Counted from the first letter of the stretch, positions 1 to 10,521 are shown. The stretch is DNA of 64,000 nt from Clostridiales bacterium (GCA_015069575.1 SVIH01000001.1:114385-178384); one strand, 5' to 3'. Notes: a model not told the origin generated them from the sequence alone. Numbers and translations: made by a program.

Positions 1-1397
1 AGATCAGGCGGTTTATCAAAACCTTTTTTAAGCGATAAATAATCATTAAAACGCCTTGATACAACTTCTTGCATAGATGCATAGTCATTATTACCCTGAT
101 GCACCTTAAAACGCCTGTATTCCTTTTTATCTGGCGTTCCGTTAGTTAGAACGACCATTGAAGCAACAGTATCAGTGCCTTGAATGTGTGAAATATCAAA
201 ACATTCAATTCTCTCAGGAGTATTTTTTAAATTTAAGATGTTTTTTAATTTTTCTAAGCCGTTTGTTATGCGGCTTTCTTTATATTGAATGCTTTTATAC
301 GATTTTTCTAATCTTTCCCTTGCGTTTCGTTTTGCCATTAAAAGAAGCTCATATTTTTTACCACGCATAGCTAATTTAACACTAACTTTTTTTCCTTTTA
401 TATCGCATAAAAGTTGTTCTATTATTTCCTTATCATCTGGCAAATAATTCGTTATTATTTCATCGGGAATATATGCACCATCATAATAATGCTGAATAAG
501 ATATTGTGAAATTAACTGTTTTTCATCATTATATGTTAAATTTTCCTGTTCGATTGTATTTACACCAATTAATCTTCCTGAACGAATAAACAATGAACAA
601 ATTACACCATAAGTATCTCTTGTTATAACAGAAATAATATCAATATTCTTATTTTTATCCAAAACAATTTTTTGTTTATTTAAAATTTCGTTTATAGTAA
701 TAAGTTTATCTCTTATTTCTGCAGCTCTTTCAAATTCAAGATTTTCACTTGCTTTATTCATTTTTTCTTTTAATATTTCTTGAACATCAGAATCATTTCC
801 TTTTAAAAACGAAATAATTCCCTTAACATTTTTCTGATATAAAGCAATATCTTTATTTAAGCATGGGGCAGGGCAACGGTTAATATGATATTTTAAGCAA
901 GGTTTAATGTTTTTTCTATTTATAATATCATAAGAACAAGTTCTTAACGGGTAAATTTCTGTTGCAATATCCTGAATTATTTTTGCACTTGTTGCGCCAT
1001 GATAAGGTCCGAAGTATAAAGCCCCGTCATATTTAATTTTTCTTGCAAGTTCAAGTTTGGGAAATGATTCTTTAGGGTTAATTCTTAAATATGGATAACC
1101 TTTATCGTCTTTTAAAAGAATATTATACTTTGGCTTATATTTTTTTATTAAATTATTTTCAAGAAGAAGTGCTTCAAGCTCGTTTGCTGTAACAATATAG
1201 TTTATATCCGCAATATTTGATATTAAAACACGAGTTTTGTAATTTTGTTCAGTAGAACTAAAATACGAACGTACACGGTTCTTAAGGCTTTTTGCCTTAC
1301 CAATATAAATAACCGTTCCGTTCGCATCGAAATAAATATATACTCCCGATTCATTCGGGAGTTTTTTTAATATATCAGATAAATTATTGGAAATCAT
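1..1397 (-). CDS. uvrC: Excinuclease ABC subunit C (UvrC), N-terminal about 465 aa; the C-terminus lies beyond the window start
   Basis: Hand translation of the minus strand from ATG at 1397 gives MISNNLSDILKKLPNESGVYIYFDANGTVIYIGKAKSLKNRVRSYF (GIY-YIG). It continues with LEFERAAEIRDKL (UVR domain) and IECFDISHIQGTDTVASMVV, with no stop down to position 1. It is missing from the ORF track because it runs off the edge. Confidence 0.9.
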   Translation of the reverse strand, partial: MISNNLSDILKKLPNESGVYIYFDANGTVIYIGKAKSLKNRVRSYFSSTEQNYKTRVLISNIADINYIVTANELEALLLENNLIKKYKPKYNILLKDDKGYPYLRINPKESFPKLELARKIKYDGALYFGPYHGATSAKIIQDIATEIYPLRTCSYDIINRKNIKPCLKYHINRCPAPCLNKDIALYQKNVKGIISFLKGNDSDVQEILKEKMNKASENLEFERAAEIRDKLITINEILNKQKIVLDKNKNIDIISVITRDTYGVICSLFIRSGRLIGVNTIEQENLTYNDEKQLISQYLIQHYYDGAYIPDEIITNYLPDDKEIIEQLLCDIKGKKVSVKLAMRGKKYELLLMAKRNARERLEKSYKSIQYKESRITNGLEKLKNILNLKNTPERIECFDISHIQGTDTVASMVVLTNGTPDKKEYRRFKVHQGNNDYASMQEVVSRRFNDYLSLKKGFDKPPD

Positions 1398-1740
1398 TTA
1401 TGTGTAACATTCCTTGAAGAAGAATTTGACCAATATGATCATCATCTAAAGAATAATAAACAATTTTAGCTTCTCTACGATATTTAACTATACGGCTGTT
1501 ACGTAATGTTTTTAACTGATGGGATACTGTTGACTGATTCATATTAAGAGTAGCTGCAATATCAGAAACACACATTTCATTCATTGTAAGAAGATATAAA
1601 ATTTTAAGCCTTGATTCATCAGAAAAAAGTTTAAAAAAGTCAGCAAGATTCATAAGACTTCTTTCATCAATAAGCCTTTGAGTCATTGATTCAACTAATT
1701 CAGAATTAATGATTGGTCTGCTTTCTTTTATTTCGCTCAT
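1384..1740 (-). CDS. ArsR/SmtB-family metalloregulatory transcription factor
   Basis: wHTH signature SRLKILYLL...MCVSDIAATLNMNQSTVSHQLKTLRNSRIV. The internal ATG at 1740 is preceded by GGAGAT, so the longer track start at 1800 is unlikely. Confidence 0.8.
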   Translation of the reverse strand: MSEIKESRPIINSELVESMTQRLIDERSLMNLADFFKLFSDESRLKILYLLTMNEMCVSDIAATLNMNQSTVSHQLKTLRNSRIVKYRREAKIVYYSLDDDHIGQILLQGMLHINDFQ

Positions 1741-1858
1741 AAAACAATCTCCTTCATAATAATATAGTAATAGTATAGACAAAAGGATAATTTTTGTCAA
1801 TAAAAAATATTTGAAATATTCATATTTTATCTATCATATTATTTTTTGAGGTGTTTTT

Positions 1859-2608
1859 ATGAAAAAATTTTTAAATATTTTTTCAATAGTTATGCTTATT
1901 TCTGTAATTCTAATTGAAATAATGAGCATAAATGCATACAAGCCTGTTTTTGCATATTCGGGTAAAGAAAAACCAATATACTGCGTTGAAACAGATGAAA
2001 AAAAGGTTGCAATAAGTTTTGATGCAGCATGGGGCGCTGACAACACTAAATCTATTCTTGATATACTTGATTCTTATGAAGTTCATGCTACATTTTTTTT
2101 AGTGGGTTTTTGGGTTGATAAATATCCTGAAATGGTTAAAGAAATTGATTCAAGAGGGTATGAAATTGGCAATCATTCTGAGAATCACCCTCATATGAGT
2201 GAACTTAGTATTAAACAAATGGAAAATGAAATCAAATCAGTTAACAATAAAATTTATAAACTTATCGGAAAAGAACCAACTGTTTTCAGAGCGCCATATG
2301 GAGATTATTCTGATACTGTGATAAAAACAATGCGTAATCTTAATATGCATACAGTTCAATGGTCTATTGATTCATTAGATTGGAAAGAATATGGCAAACA
2401 AGAGTTAATTAACCGTGTATTAAAAAAAGTAAAAAGCGGTGATATAATTTTGTTTCATAATAATGCAAAATATACACCTGATGCACTTCCTGAAATTTTA
2501 AAAGAGTTGCAAAATCGAGGGTTTGCAGTTTGTTCGGTTGGTGAACTAATACATCATAATGATTATATTGTTGATATACAAGGGGTACAGCATAAAGTAT
2601 CACAATAA
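1859..2608 (+). CDS. Polysaccharide deacetylase (NodB homology domain), secreted or membrane-anchored
   Basis: N-terminal hydrophobic segment, then FDAAWGADNT, TFFLVGFW, GYEIGNHSENHPHM and FRAPYG motifs typical of the CE4/PdaB-like family. GAGGTG RBS. Confidence 0.8.
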   Translation: MKKFLNIFSIVMLISVILIEIMSINAYKPVFAYSGKEKPIYCVETDEKKVAISFDAAWGADNTKSILDILDSYEVHATFFLVGFWVDKYPEMVKEIDSRGYEIGNHSENHPHMSELSIKQMENEIKSVNNKIYKLIGKEPTVFRAPYGDYSDTVIKTMRNLNMHTVQWSIDSLDWKEYGKQELINRVLKKVKSGDIILFHNNAKYTPDALPEILKELQNRGFAVCSVGELIHHNDYIVDIQGVQHKVSQ

Positions 2609-2736
2609 ATATTATTAAATTTCACAAATAAACCAAACTTGTAACACAAAAAATAATTATAATAAAATAGTAATATTTTCAAAATTTTCCACATATATAT
2701 TATTGAAAATAATTTACATAACACGGGGGCATATTT

Positions 2737-3375
2737 ATGGTTCAACCAACAAACAATAGGATAATTTTATGCGGAACTGCAACGGAAAATCCAATATTTA
2801 GTCACGAAGTATTTGGTGAAAGTTTTTATATTTTCAAATTAGAGGTAAAACGATTATCAGGTCAAAGTGATATTTTGCCAATAATGATTTCTGAACGACT
2901 TGTTTTAAACGAAGATATTATTATGGGTAAAAGATATTTAATTGAGGGACAATTGCGATCATATAACATAATAACTGATAATAAAAGCAAATTACAGTTG
3001 CAAACATTTGCCCGTGAAATTTCTATAGATGAAACGGGAGATGATATAAATCAAATTGAATTTAATGGGTTTATCTGCAAAACACCGGTTTATCGTGTAA
3101 CACCTTTTGCAAGAGAAATTGCGGATGTTTTAATTGCTGTAAATCGTGCTTATGGCAAAAGTGATTATATACCGTCAATTTGTTGGGGAAGAAACGCTAG
3201 ATATTGCCAACAATTAAATGTAGGTGATTCAATTCATATTGAAGGCAGGCTTCAATCTAGAGAATACCAGAAAAAATTAGATGATAATTCTATAATTAAT
3301 AAAATTGCATATGAGGTTTCTGTTTCAAAATTATCAGTTGATAAAGATGAAAATAAAGAATTATGTGAAGAATAA
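2737..3375 (+). CDS. SSB/PriB-like protein with two tandem OB-fold-like halves
   Basis: Two internally similar halves, each ending in G(Q/R)L(R/Q)S(Y/RE)... (IEGQLRSYNI / IEGRLQSREYQKK), as in SSB OB folds. There is no canonical acidic DDDIPF tip. Confidence 0.45.
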   Translation: MVQPTNNRIILCGTATENPIFSHEVFGESFYIFKLEVKRLSGQSDILPIMISERLVLNEDIIMGKRYLIEGQLRSYNIITDNKSKLQLQTFAREISIDETGDDINQIEFNGFICKTPVYRVTPFAREIADVLIAVNRAYGKSDYIPSICWGRNARYCQQLNVGDSIHIEGRLQSREYQKKLDDNSIINKIAYEVSVSKLSVDKDENKELCEE

Positions 3376-3400
3376 AAGGCAACATAATGTTGCCTTTTTA
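3375..3400. terminator. Bidirectional intrinsic terminator between convergent genes
   Basis: aaaggcaaca-taa-tgttgccttt stem-loop flanked by A and T runs. Confidence 0.5.
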
Positions 3401-5062
3401 TAGTTTTTTAATATTTTTAATTTTATCTTCTGATGGGGTTACATAATAGGTTGTCTGATTTGTATAAATAACTTTTCCCGGCATCGAAGATGATTGTTTT
3501 TTAATAAATTTTCGTTTGGTTGCATCTACAGGTACAAGTGAAGAATACTTTGCTTTTGAATAATATGCTGCCAACAATGCAGCTTCTTCAATAGTTTCAT
3601 TATCAGGATTAATTGACTTTATAATTACATGAGAACCGTGTGTATCTTTAGTGTGTAACCATAGATCTTCAGAAGATGCTTCTTTCATTGTTAATCGATC
3701 ATTCTGAGTATTGTTTTTTCCAACAAAAATGTCGATTCCACTTGAAGAAACAAAATGCATTGGTTTACTTTCAACAGTTTTATCCTTGCTTTTTTGTGTT
3801 CTTATATAGCCAAATTTAATTAACTCTTGTCTAATTTCGTTAATATCATCTTCATTTTCACATTTGGTTAAATTATCAAGTTGTGAAGAAAAATATTCAA
3901 TTTCTTTCTCTGTTTCCATTATTTGACCTGATAATAATCTTAATGCGGTTTTTAATTTATTGTATTGTTTAAAGTATTTTTGCGCATTTAAACTTGCGTT
4001 AATTGTATTATCAAGCGGAATTACTAATTCATTATTGTTATCATAATAATTTTCAACAATTACTTCTTTTGCACCCTTCTTGATTTTATATATGTTTGCT
4101 GTTATTAATTCACCATAAATACGAAATTTTTCAACATCGCTACATTCAATTTGTTTTTCAAGTTGTAATGCTCTTTTTTTCTCTGCTTTCTCAAGTAAAC
4201 TTTTTAATTTTATTTTTAAACTATGCGAGCGTTCATTAATACGCTGTATTTTATCTTTTAATAAATAAAAGTCATCAATTGCTTGTGAAATTGAAGGGCA
4301 AACAACCTGATTTACTGTTAAAAATCTTTGTTGATATACAGCAAAAAAATCAATAGGTTCGCCCGTATCACTTTTTAAAATAATAGGAGTAAAATCTTTA
4401 TTGGTGAATAATTTAAGGTAATTTTTAAAAGCATTGGAATCATAATTTAATCTATATACAACTTCTTCGGCACTTTGTTTTGAAATTCCCATATATTTTT
4501 CACTTATTTGTTTTGCTGTGCCTGAAATAAGCTGTGTTTCATAAAATGGATTTAACTTATCTTGTGTTTGCGGTAGAATATATTGAATTCCTGGTTGAAT
4601 AATGCGAATTCTGCTCATAAGCGAGTTAACGCGTTTAATACTATCATAAATTTTATTGCTTTCATCTGTAAAAATAATATTACTGTGCTTACCCATAATT
4701 TCGAGAATTATATTCTTTTTAACCGATTCATTAAAATCATTAAAGCAATCAAAAGTAATAATTACAATTCTATCATTTTCTAACTGCGTAAATTTGCATA
4801 TTTTTGAACCTGTTAAATGTTTGCGCAAAAGCATGCAAAAAGCAGATGGTGTAGTTGGGTTTGTTTTTGTTATTTCAGTAATATTTAAACGTGAGAAACT
4901 AGCATTTGAGCATAAAAGTAATTTATAGTTTCTTCCATTATTGCGAAGTAAAATATGAACCTCATCATTTTCAGGCTGATTTATTTTATCAACTCTGGCA
5001 CCTGATAATATTGAATTTAATTCAAATACTATTGCGCCTATTGTTAATCCATCCATCGGCAT
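3398..5062 (-). CDS. rqcH: Ribosome quality control factor RqcH (FbpA/NFACT family)
   Basis: NFACT-N start MPMDGLTIGAIVFELNSILSGARVDKINQP, central coiled coil, and C-terminal DUF814-like WLHTKDTHGSHVIIKS. Confidence 0.85.
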   Translation of the reverse strand: MPMDGLTIGAIVFELNSILSGARVDKINQPENDEVHILLRNNGRNYKLLLCSNASFSRLNITEITKTNPTTPSAFCMLLRKHLTGSKICKFTQLENDRIVIITFDCFNDFNESVKKNIILEIMGKHSNIIFTDESNKIYDSIKRVNSLMSRIRIIQPGIQYILPQTQDKLNPFYETQLISGTAKQISEKYMGISKQSAEEVVYRLNYDSNAFKNYLKLFTNKDFTPIILKSDTGEPIDFFAVYQQRFLTVNQVVCPSISQAIDDFYLLKDKIQRINERSHSLKIKLKSLLEKAEKKRALQLEKQIECSDVEKFRIYGELITANIYKIKKGAKEVIVENYYDNNNELVIPLDNTINASLNAQKYFKQYNKLKTALRLLSGQIMETEKEIEYFSSQLDNLTKCENEDDINEIRQELIKFGYIRTQKSKDKTVESKPMHFVSSSGIDIFVGKNNTQNDRLTMKEASSEDLWLHTKDTHGSHVIIKSINPDNETIEEAALLAAYYSKAKYSSLVPVDATKRKFIKKQSSSMPGKVIYTNQTTYYVTPSEDKIKNIKKL

Positions 5063-5188
5063 ACTGTTTGTACCTCAAAAATTTTTTTATATTATATCAC
5101 TAAACCACATTAATTGAAAGAAATATTTATAAAAAAGCAATTTTTAAGTAAAAAATAAAAAAGTTTAGCAAAAAATGGTCTTTTACGG

Positions 5189-5217
5189 TTGCTTAAAATA
5201 TTCATGTGTGGTATAAT
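5189..5217 (+). promoter_or_regulatory. Sigma-A type promoter for tig
   Basis: TTGCTT, 17 nt, then TGgTATAAT (extended -10), about 45 nt upstream of the tig start. Confidence 0.45.
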
Positions 5218-5259
5218 TATCCACGATTGTATTGATAATTTACTTGGAGGTAAATATTT

Positions 5260-6696
5260 ATGAGTACCATGGTTAAAAACGAAAAAAATCAGGCTGTTAT
5301 CAGTTTAGAGATCAGCAAAGAAGCAATGGACGCTGCAATAAGCGCAGTATTCCAAAGAAACAAGGGAAAATATGCAATTCCCGGTTTCCGCAAAGGTAAA
5401 GCACCTAGAAAAATGGTAGAACAATATTATGGCGCAGGCGTTTTCTTCGAAGATGCGTTTAACGATGTTTTACCGGGCGTTTACGAAGCAGCAGTTATTG
5501 AACTTGCACTTGAACCTGTTGACCGTCCTGAATTTGAAATTGAAGATATTACAGATGAAGGTATTATCAAGGTTAAAGCAACTGTTACACTTATGCCTGA
5601 AGTAAAACTTGGAAAATATGAAGGTATAAAGGTTGATTTAGTTGAGTATAATGTAACCGATGATGAAGTTGATCACGAAATTAAACATGCTCTTGATCGC
5701 GCTTCTCGTTTTGTTGATGTTGAAGATCGCGCAGTTATGATGGGCGATACTGTTGGTCTTAATTATTCCGGTTCAATTGATGGTGTTAAATTTGATGGCG
5801 GAACAGCCGAAAATCAAACTCTTGAAATTGGTTCAGGTAGCTTTATTCCCGGATTTGAAGATCAGATGGTTGGCATGAATATTGGTGAAGAAAAGGCAAT
5901 TAATGTTAAATTCCCCGATGAATATCACGCCGAGGATCTTAAAGGTAAAGAAGCTGTATTTGAAGTAAAGGTTCTTTCTATTAAAGAAAAGCAGGTTCCG
6001 GCTCTTGACGATGAATTTGCAAAAGATGTTTCAGAATTTGATACTTTAGATGAATATAAAGCTGATATTAAAGCAAAACTTACAGAACGCAAAAAGAATC
6101 AGGCTGAAACTGAAATGGAAAACAAAATGATTGAATCAATTGCTGAAAATTCAACAATCGATATTCCTGATTGCATGATCGAACAGCAAATTGATGCACA
6201 GCTTCGTGATATGGAAATGCGTATGAGCTATCAAGGTCTTAAACTTGAGGACTATATTAAGTACACAGGTATGACTATGGCACAGATGCGTGATATGTAT
6301 CGTGATGGTGCAAAGAAGACCGTTCAGATCAGACTTACTCTTGCAGAAATTATTAAAGCAGAAAAAATTGAGGCATCAGAAGAAGATATTAATGTAGAAA
6401 TTTCAAAGTATGCTGAAAATTATGGTACAAATGCAGATGAATTTATTAAAAATATTTCAGCAGATCAAAAAGAATACTTTAAAGAAATGGCTGTAATGAA
6501 TAAAACAATCGCTCTTTTAAAAGAAAAGAATCCTGCTAAAAAAGCTGCAAAAAAATCAACAAAGAAAACAGCCGAAAAAGCAGATAATGAAACAGCAACC
6601 AAAAAACCTGCAACTAAAAAAACAACAACTAAAAAAGCAGATGGCGAGACTTCTGCAAAAAAATCTACTGCAAAAAAGACAACAAAAAAAAGCTGA
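5260..6696 (+). CDS. tig: Trigger factor with Lys/Thr/Ala-rich C-terminal tail
   Basis: AIPGFRKGKAPRKMVEQYYG ribosome-binding signature, FKBP-type PPIase core (GFIPGFEDQMVGM), GGAGG RBS. Confidence 0.95.
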   Translation: MSTMVKNEKNQAVISLEISKEAMDAAISAVFQRNKGKYAIPGFRKGKAPRKMVEQYYGAGVFFEDAFNDVLPGVYEAAVIELALEPVDRPEFEIEDITDEGIIKVKATVTLMPEVKLGKYEGIKVDLVEYNVTDDEVDHEIKHALDRASRFVDVEDRAVMMGDTVGLNYSGSIDGVKFDGGTAENQTLEIGSGSFIPGFEDQMVGMNIGEEKAINVKFPDEYHAEDLKGKEAVFEVKVLSIKEKQVPALDDEFAKDVSEFDTLDEYKADIKAKLTERKKNQAETEMENKMIESIAENSTIDIPDCMIEQQIDAQLRDMEMRMSYQGLKLEDYIKYTGMTMAQMRDMYRDGAKKTVQIRLTLAEIIKAEKIEASEEDINVEISKYAENYGTNADEFIKNISADQKEYFKEMAVMNKTIALLKEKNPAKKAAKKSTKKTAEKADNETATKKPATKKTTTKKADGETSAKKSTAKKTTKKS

Positions 6697-6720
6697 AGAA
6701 GCTTAATTGGAGGAAAAACA

Positions 6721-7305
6721 ATGCCTGTAATTCCATATGTTATTGAACAAGATGGCAGAGGGGAAAGATCCTATGATATTTATTCCCGTTTGCTTAAAGA
6801 CCGCATAATATTTTTAAGCGGTGAAATCAATGATGAAATGGCAAATTGCATAGTAGCACAACTTTTATTTCTTGAAGCAGAAGATATGGATAAAGATATT
6901 ATGCTTTATATCAATAGCCCCGGTGGTTCTGTAACTGCCGGAATGGCTATTTATGATACAATTCAATATATTAAGCCTCAAGTTTCAACAATTTGCGTTG
7001 GTATGGCAGCATCTATGGCAGCTGTATTGCTTTCTTCTGGTGCAAAAGGTAAGCGTATTGCTTTGCCTAACAGTGAAATAATGATTCATCAGGCATTAGG
7101 TGGGGCAAAAGGACAGACAACAGATGTCCTTATTCATGCTGAACAACTTTTAAAATGTAAAAACAAACTTAATAAAATTCTTGCCGATAATACAGGCAAA
7201 GATTTTAAACAAATTGAAGCAGATTGTGATCGTGATCATTTTATGGATGCCCAGGAAGCACTTGAATATGGTATAATTGATGCCATATATTCAAAAAGAC
7301 AGTAA
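6721..7305 (+). CDS. clpP: ATP-dependent Clp protease proteolytic subunit
   Basis: [37 protein letters not shown] (Ser), IMIHQ (His). Confidence 0.97.
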   Translation: MPVIPYVIEQDGRGERSYDIYSRLLKDRIIFLSGEINDEMANCIVAQLLFLEAEDMDKDIMLYINSPGGSVTAGMAIYDTIQYIKPQVSTICVGMAASMAAVLLSSGAKGKRIALPNSEIMIHQALGGAKGQTTDVLIHAEQLLKCKNKLNKILADNTGKDFKQIEADCDRDHFMDAQEALEYGIIDAIYSKRQ

Positions 7306-7314
7306 GGAGAATTT

Positions 7315-8550
7315 ATGGAAGAAATTAGATGCGTTTTTTGTGGTAGAACAGCGCAGGCAGGGCTTTCTTTTGTTTCAGGTCCTCCCGGAGTTTTTATTTG
7401 TGAAGAATGCGTTCAAGATTGTGTTGAGTCCCTTGAAAATGAAGGAACTACAGGATTTTCACAAGAAAAGCTTGATCTTTTAAAACCACAGGAAATTAAA
7501 CAGATTCTTGATCAGTATGTAATTGGTCAGGATAATGCAAAAATCGCACTTTCAGTTGGAGTTTATAATCATTATAAACGCATTAATGCATTAAAAAGTG
7601 GCGAAAAACCCGATATTGATATTCAAAAAAGCAATATTCTTCTTATTGGACCAACCGGTACAGGAAAAACATATTTGGCGCAAACTCTTGCTAAAATTCT
7701 TGATGTTCCTTTTGCCATTGCAGATGCAACAACCATTACAGAAGCAGGCTATGTAGGCGACGATGTTGAAAATATTCTTCTCCGCCTTATTCAAGCTGCG
7801 GATTATGATGTTACAAAAGCAGAACGCGGTATTATTTATATTGATGAAATTGATAAAATTGCCCGCAGAAGTGAAAACCCATCTTTAACAAGAGATGTTT
7901 CCGGCGAAGGCGTTCAGCAGTCTTTATTAAAAATTCTTGAAGGTACGCTTTCCAATGTTCCACCAAACGGCGGAAGAAAACATCCTCATCAGGATTTTAT
8001 ACAAATTGACACAACAAATATTTTATTTATTTGCGGTGGTGCATTTGATGGTCTTGATAAGATTATTCAACGCAGAGTTGGCAAAAAAACTGTTGGATTT
8101 GGCTCTGAAATTAATGTTGTAGCCACAACAGATGATTTAGGTAAGATATTTGAATCTGTAACGCCGCAAGATTTGCAAAAGTTTGGATTAATTCCTGAAT
8201 TAATCGGTAGACTTGCTATGACAGTTACATTAGAAAATCTTAACGAGAATATGCTTGTTGATATTCTTAAAACGCCAAAGAATGCTTTAACAAAGCAGTA
8301 TGCGGCTTTGATTAAGATGGATAATGTAGATCTTGAATTTACTGATGAAGCTTTAATTGCAATTGCTAAAAAGGCTATTGAATTAAAAACAGGTGCTCGT
8401 GGATTAAGATCTGTTATTGAAGGCATAATGATGAATATAATGTATGATATTCCATCATTAGAAAACCTTGAAAAATGTGTTATTACTGAAAAAACTGTTA
8501 CAGATAAAGCCAAACCTGAATTTGTTTTTAAAGAACAAATAACAGCATAA
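7315..8550 (+). CDS. clpX: ATP-dependent Clp protease ATP-binding subunit ClpX
   Basis: N-terminal zinc ribbon CVFCG...CEEC, Walker [26 protein letters not shown]. Confidence 0.97.
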   Translation: MEEIRCVFCGRTAQAGLSFVSGPPGVFICEECVQDCVESLENEGTTGFSQEKLDLLKPQEIKQILDQYVIGQDNAKIALSVGVYNHYKRINALKSGEKPDIDIQKSNILLIGPTGTGKTYLAQTLAKILDVPFAIADATTITEAGYVGDDVENILLRLIQAADYDVTKAERGIIYIDEIDKIARRSENPSLTRDVSGEGVQQSLLKILEGTLSNVPPNGGRKHPHQDFIQIDTTNILFICGGAFDGLDKIIQRRVGKKTVGFGSEINVVATTDDLGKIFESVTPQDLQKFGLIPELIGRLAMTVTLENLNENMLVDILKTPKNALTKQYAALIKMDNVDLEFTDEALIAIAKKAIELKTGARGLRSVIEGIMMNIMYDIPSLENLEKCVITEKTVTDKAKPEFVFKEQITA

Positions 8551-8558
8551 ATAAAAAT

Positions 8559-8587
8559 AACGGGTTAATTTAACCCGTTTTTTTTAT
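8559..8587 (+). terminator. Intrinsic terminator after clpX
   Basis: aacgggtt...aacccgtt hairpin followed by a T run. Confidence 0.6.
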
Positions 8588-8588
8588 T

Positions 8589-8618
8589 AAAAAAACACCT
8601 TGCTAAATGCAAAGTGTT
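8589..8618 (-). terminator. Intrinsic terminator after the ABC exporter operon
   Basis: Minus strand aacactttgc-attta-gcaaggtgtt (one wobble pair) followed by a T7 run. Confidence 0.5.
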
Positions 8619-8625
8619 TATTTTT

Positions 8626-10521
8626 TTATTCAAGTTCAAATGCGCCGGTATATAATTGATAATATGTACCTTTTTGCTCAATAAGTTCATTGTGTGTTCC
8701 GCGTTCGATAATTCTGCCGTTATCAAGAACCATTATAACATCAGAATTCATAACTGTGGATAATCTGTGGGCAATAACAAATACTGTTCTGCCTTCCATA
8801 AGCATATCCATACCTTTTTGAACAATAGCTTCAGTTCTTGTATCAATTGATGATGTTGCTTCATCAAGAATCATAACAGGGGGATCTGCAACTGCAGCAC
8901 GAGCAATAGCAATTAACTGTCTTTGACCTTGCGATAAATTTGAGCCATTGTTAGTTAACAACGTATTATATCCTTCAGGCAATCTTGTAATAAAATCATC
9001 AGCGCCCGAAAGTTTTGCAGCGTTAATACACTGTTGATCTGTTGCGTTAAGATTACCATAACGAATATTTTCCATAACGGTGCCAGTAAACAGATTAGTA
9101 TCCTGTAATACAATCCCTAAAGAACGCCTTAAATCGCTTTTTTTGATTTTATTGATATTTATACCGTCATAACGAATTTTACCGTCAGCAATATCGTAAA
9201 AACGATTTATAAGATTAGTTATAGTAGTTTTGCCGGCGCCTGTTGCACCAACAAAAGCCACCTTTTGACCAGGTTTAGCATATACACTGACATTATGAAG
9301 AACTTGTTTTTCTTCATTGTAGCCAAAATCAACCTCATTTAAGCGAACATCGCCCTGAAGTAAGGTGTAGGTGAGTGTTCCGTCATGATGAGGGTGTTTC
9401 CACGCCCAAATGCCCGTATGTGTGCTTGTTTCTACAATAGTACCATCATCAAGAATATTAGCATTAACTAAGGTAACATAACCATCATCTGCTTCCGGCT
9501 CCTGATCAATTAAAGCAAAAACGCGTTTGGCACCTGCCATCGCCATAACAATAGCATTAATCTGTTGTGAAACATTGTTTATATTACCTGTGAATTGCTT
9601 AGTCATATTAAGGAATGGAACAACAATACTTATACTAAACGCCATTCCTGATAAACTAATGTTATCGGCATTTGATAATAAAAATATTCCACCAACAAGT
9701 GCCATAATAACATATAAAATATTGCCTATGTTCATAATAATAGGACCTAACATATTTGCATAAGCGTGTGCGCGATAACTATCTTCGTAAAGTTCGTTAT
9801 TTATCTTATCAAAATCTTGTTGACACTCATTTTCGTGGCAGAAAACCTTAATAACCTTCTGACCATTCATCATTTCTTGAATAAAACCTTCAGTTTTACC
9901 CATAGCTTTTTGCTGCCTTATAAAGTACTTTGCTGAACCACCACCAACTGTTTTTGAAACAATAAGCATAAAGCAAACACCAACAAGAACAACAAGAGTC
10001 ATCCAAATACTGAAATAAAGCATTATTGAAAGAACGCTTACAACAATCACAAACGATTGAATTAAAGCAGGTAACGCCTGTGAAACAAGTTGTCTTAAAG
10101 TATCAAGGTCGTTGGTATAATGGCTCATAATATCGCCATGTTTATTGGTATCAAAGTACTTAATAGGTAACTTTTGCATACCGCTAAACATCATTTTACG
10201 CATTTTTGCCAAAAATCCGTGAGTTATATATGCCATCAACTGTGTGTGGGTTAAAATTGAAGCAAATGCTAAAATATATAAGATAATTAAAATACAAACA
10301 AGAGGGATAATTTCCTTTGAAGCGCTTGCCCAATCTTGTGTAGGCTGCCAAACTTGAATTTTTTCAATAATCTTTTGAATAAAAAGTGCAGGTATAGAAG
10401 ATACAATTGCTGAAAAAATAATACAAATAACCGTTAAGGGAAGAAGTATAGGATAAAAACTTCTTAAGAGTTTTATAATTCTGAAAACATCCTTAAATCC
10501 GCCATTATTCTTTTTATTCAT
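8626..10521 (-). CDS. ABC exporter, fused permease/ATPase (type I exporter half-transporter)
   Basis: Six predicted TM helices, then Walker A GATGAGKTT, signature LSQGQRQL and Walker B ILDEATS. The ATG at 10521 (MNKKNNGG) overlaps the upstream stop by 8 nt and is preferred over the track start at 10617. Confidence 0.85.
   Translation of the reverse strand: MNKKNNGGFKDVFRIIKLLRSFYPILLPLTVICIIFSAIVSSIPALFIQKIIEKIQVWQPTQDWASASKEIIPLVCILIILYILAFASILTHTQLMAYITHGFLAKMRKMMFSGMQKLPIKYFDTNKHGDIMSHYTNDLDTLRQLVSQALPALIQSFVIVVSVLSIMLYFSIWMTLVVLVGVCFMLIVSKTVGGGSAKYFIRQQKAMGKTEGFIQEMMNGQKVIKVFCHENECQQDFDKINNELYEDSYRAHAYANMLGPIIMNIGNILYVIMALVGGIFLLSNADNISLSGMAFSISIVVPFLNMTKQFTGNINNVSQQINAIVMAMAGAKRVFALIDQEPEADDGYVTLVNANILDDGTIVETSTHTGIWAWKHPHHDGTLTYTLLQGDVRLNEVDFGYNEEKQVLHNVSVYAKPGQKVAFVGATGAGKTTITNLINRFYDIADGKIRYDGININKIKKSDLRRSLGIVLQDTNLFTGTVMENIRYGNLNATDQQCINAAKLSGADDFITRLPEGYNTLLTNNGSNLSQGQRQLIAIARAAVADPPVMILDEATSSIDTRTEAIVQKGMDMLMEGRTVFVIAHRLSTVMNSDVIMVLDNGRIIERGTHNELIEQKGTYYQLYTGAFELE

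Noticed and set aside
158-370. 70-aa plus-strand ORF from the track
   Set aside because: It lies antisense inside the clearly coding uvrC frame, has low-complexity hydrophobic content and uses a TTG start. It is a shadow ORF.
6520-6696. Lys-rich segment considered as a separate histone-like gene
   Set aside because: It is in the same frame as tig, with no intervening stop, start codon or RBS. It is treated as a C-terminal tail.
7591-8513. Minus-strand and alternative-frame ORFs inside clpX (7591..7794, 7937..8122, 8067..8513)
   Set aside because: They are shadow ORFs within a strongly supported gene. The same reasoning applies to similar ORFs inside rqcH, the ABC genes, trmFO, hslU, topA, the FtsX permease, the glycoside hydrolase and alr.
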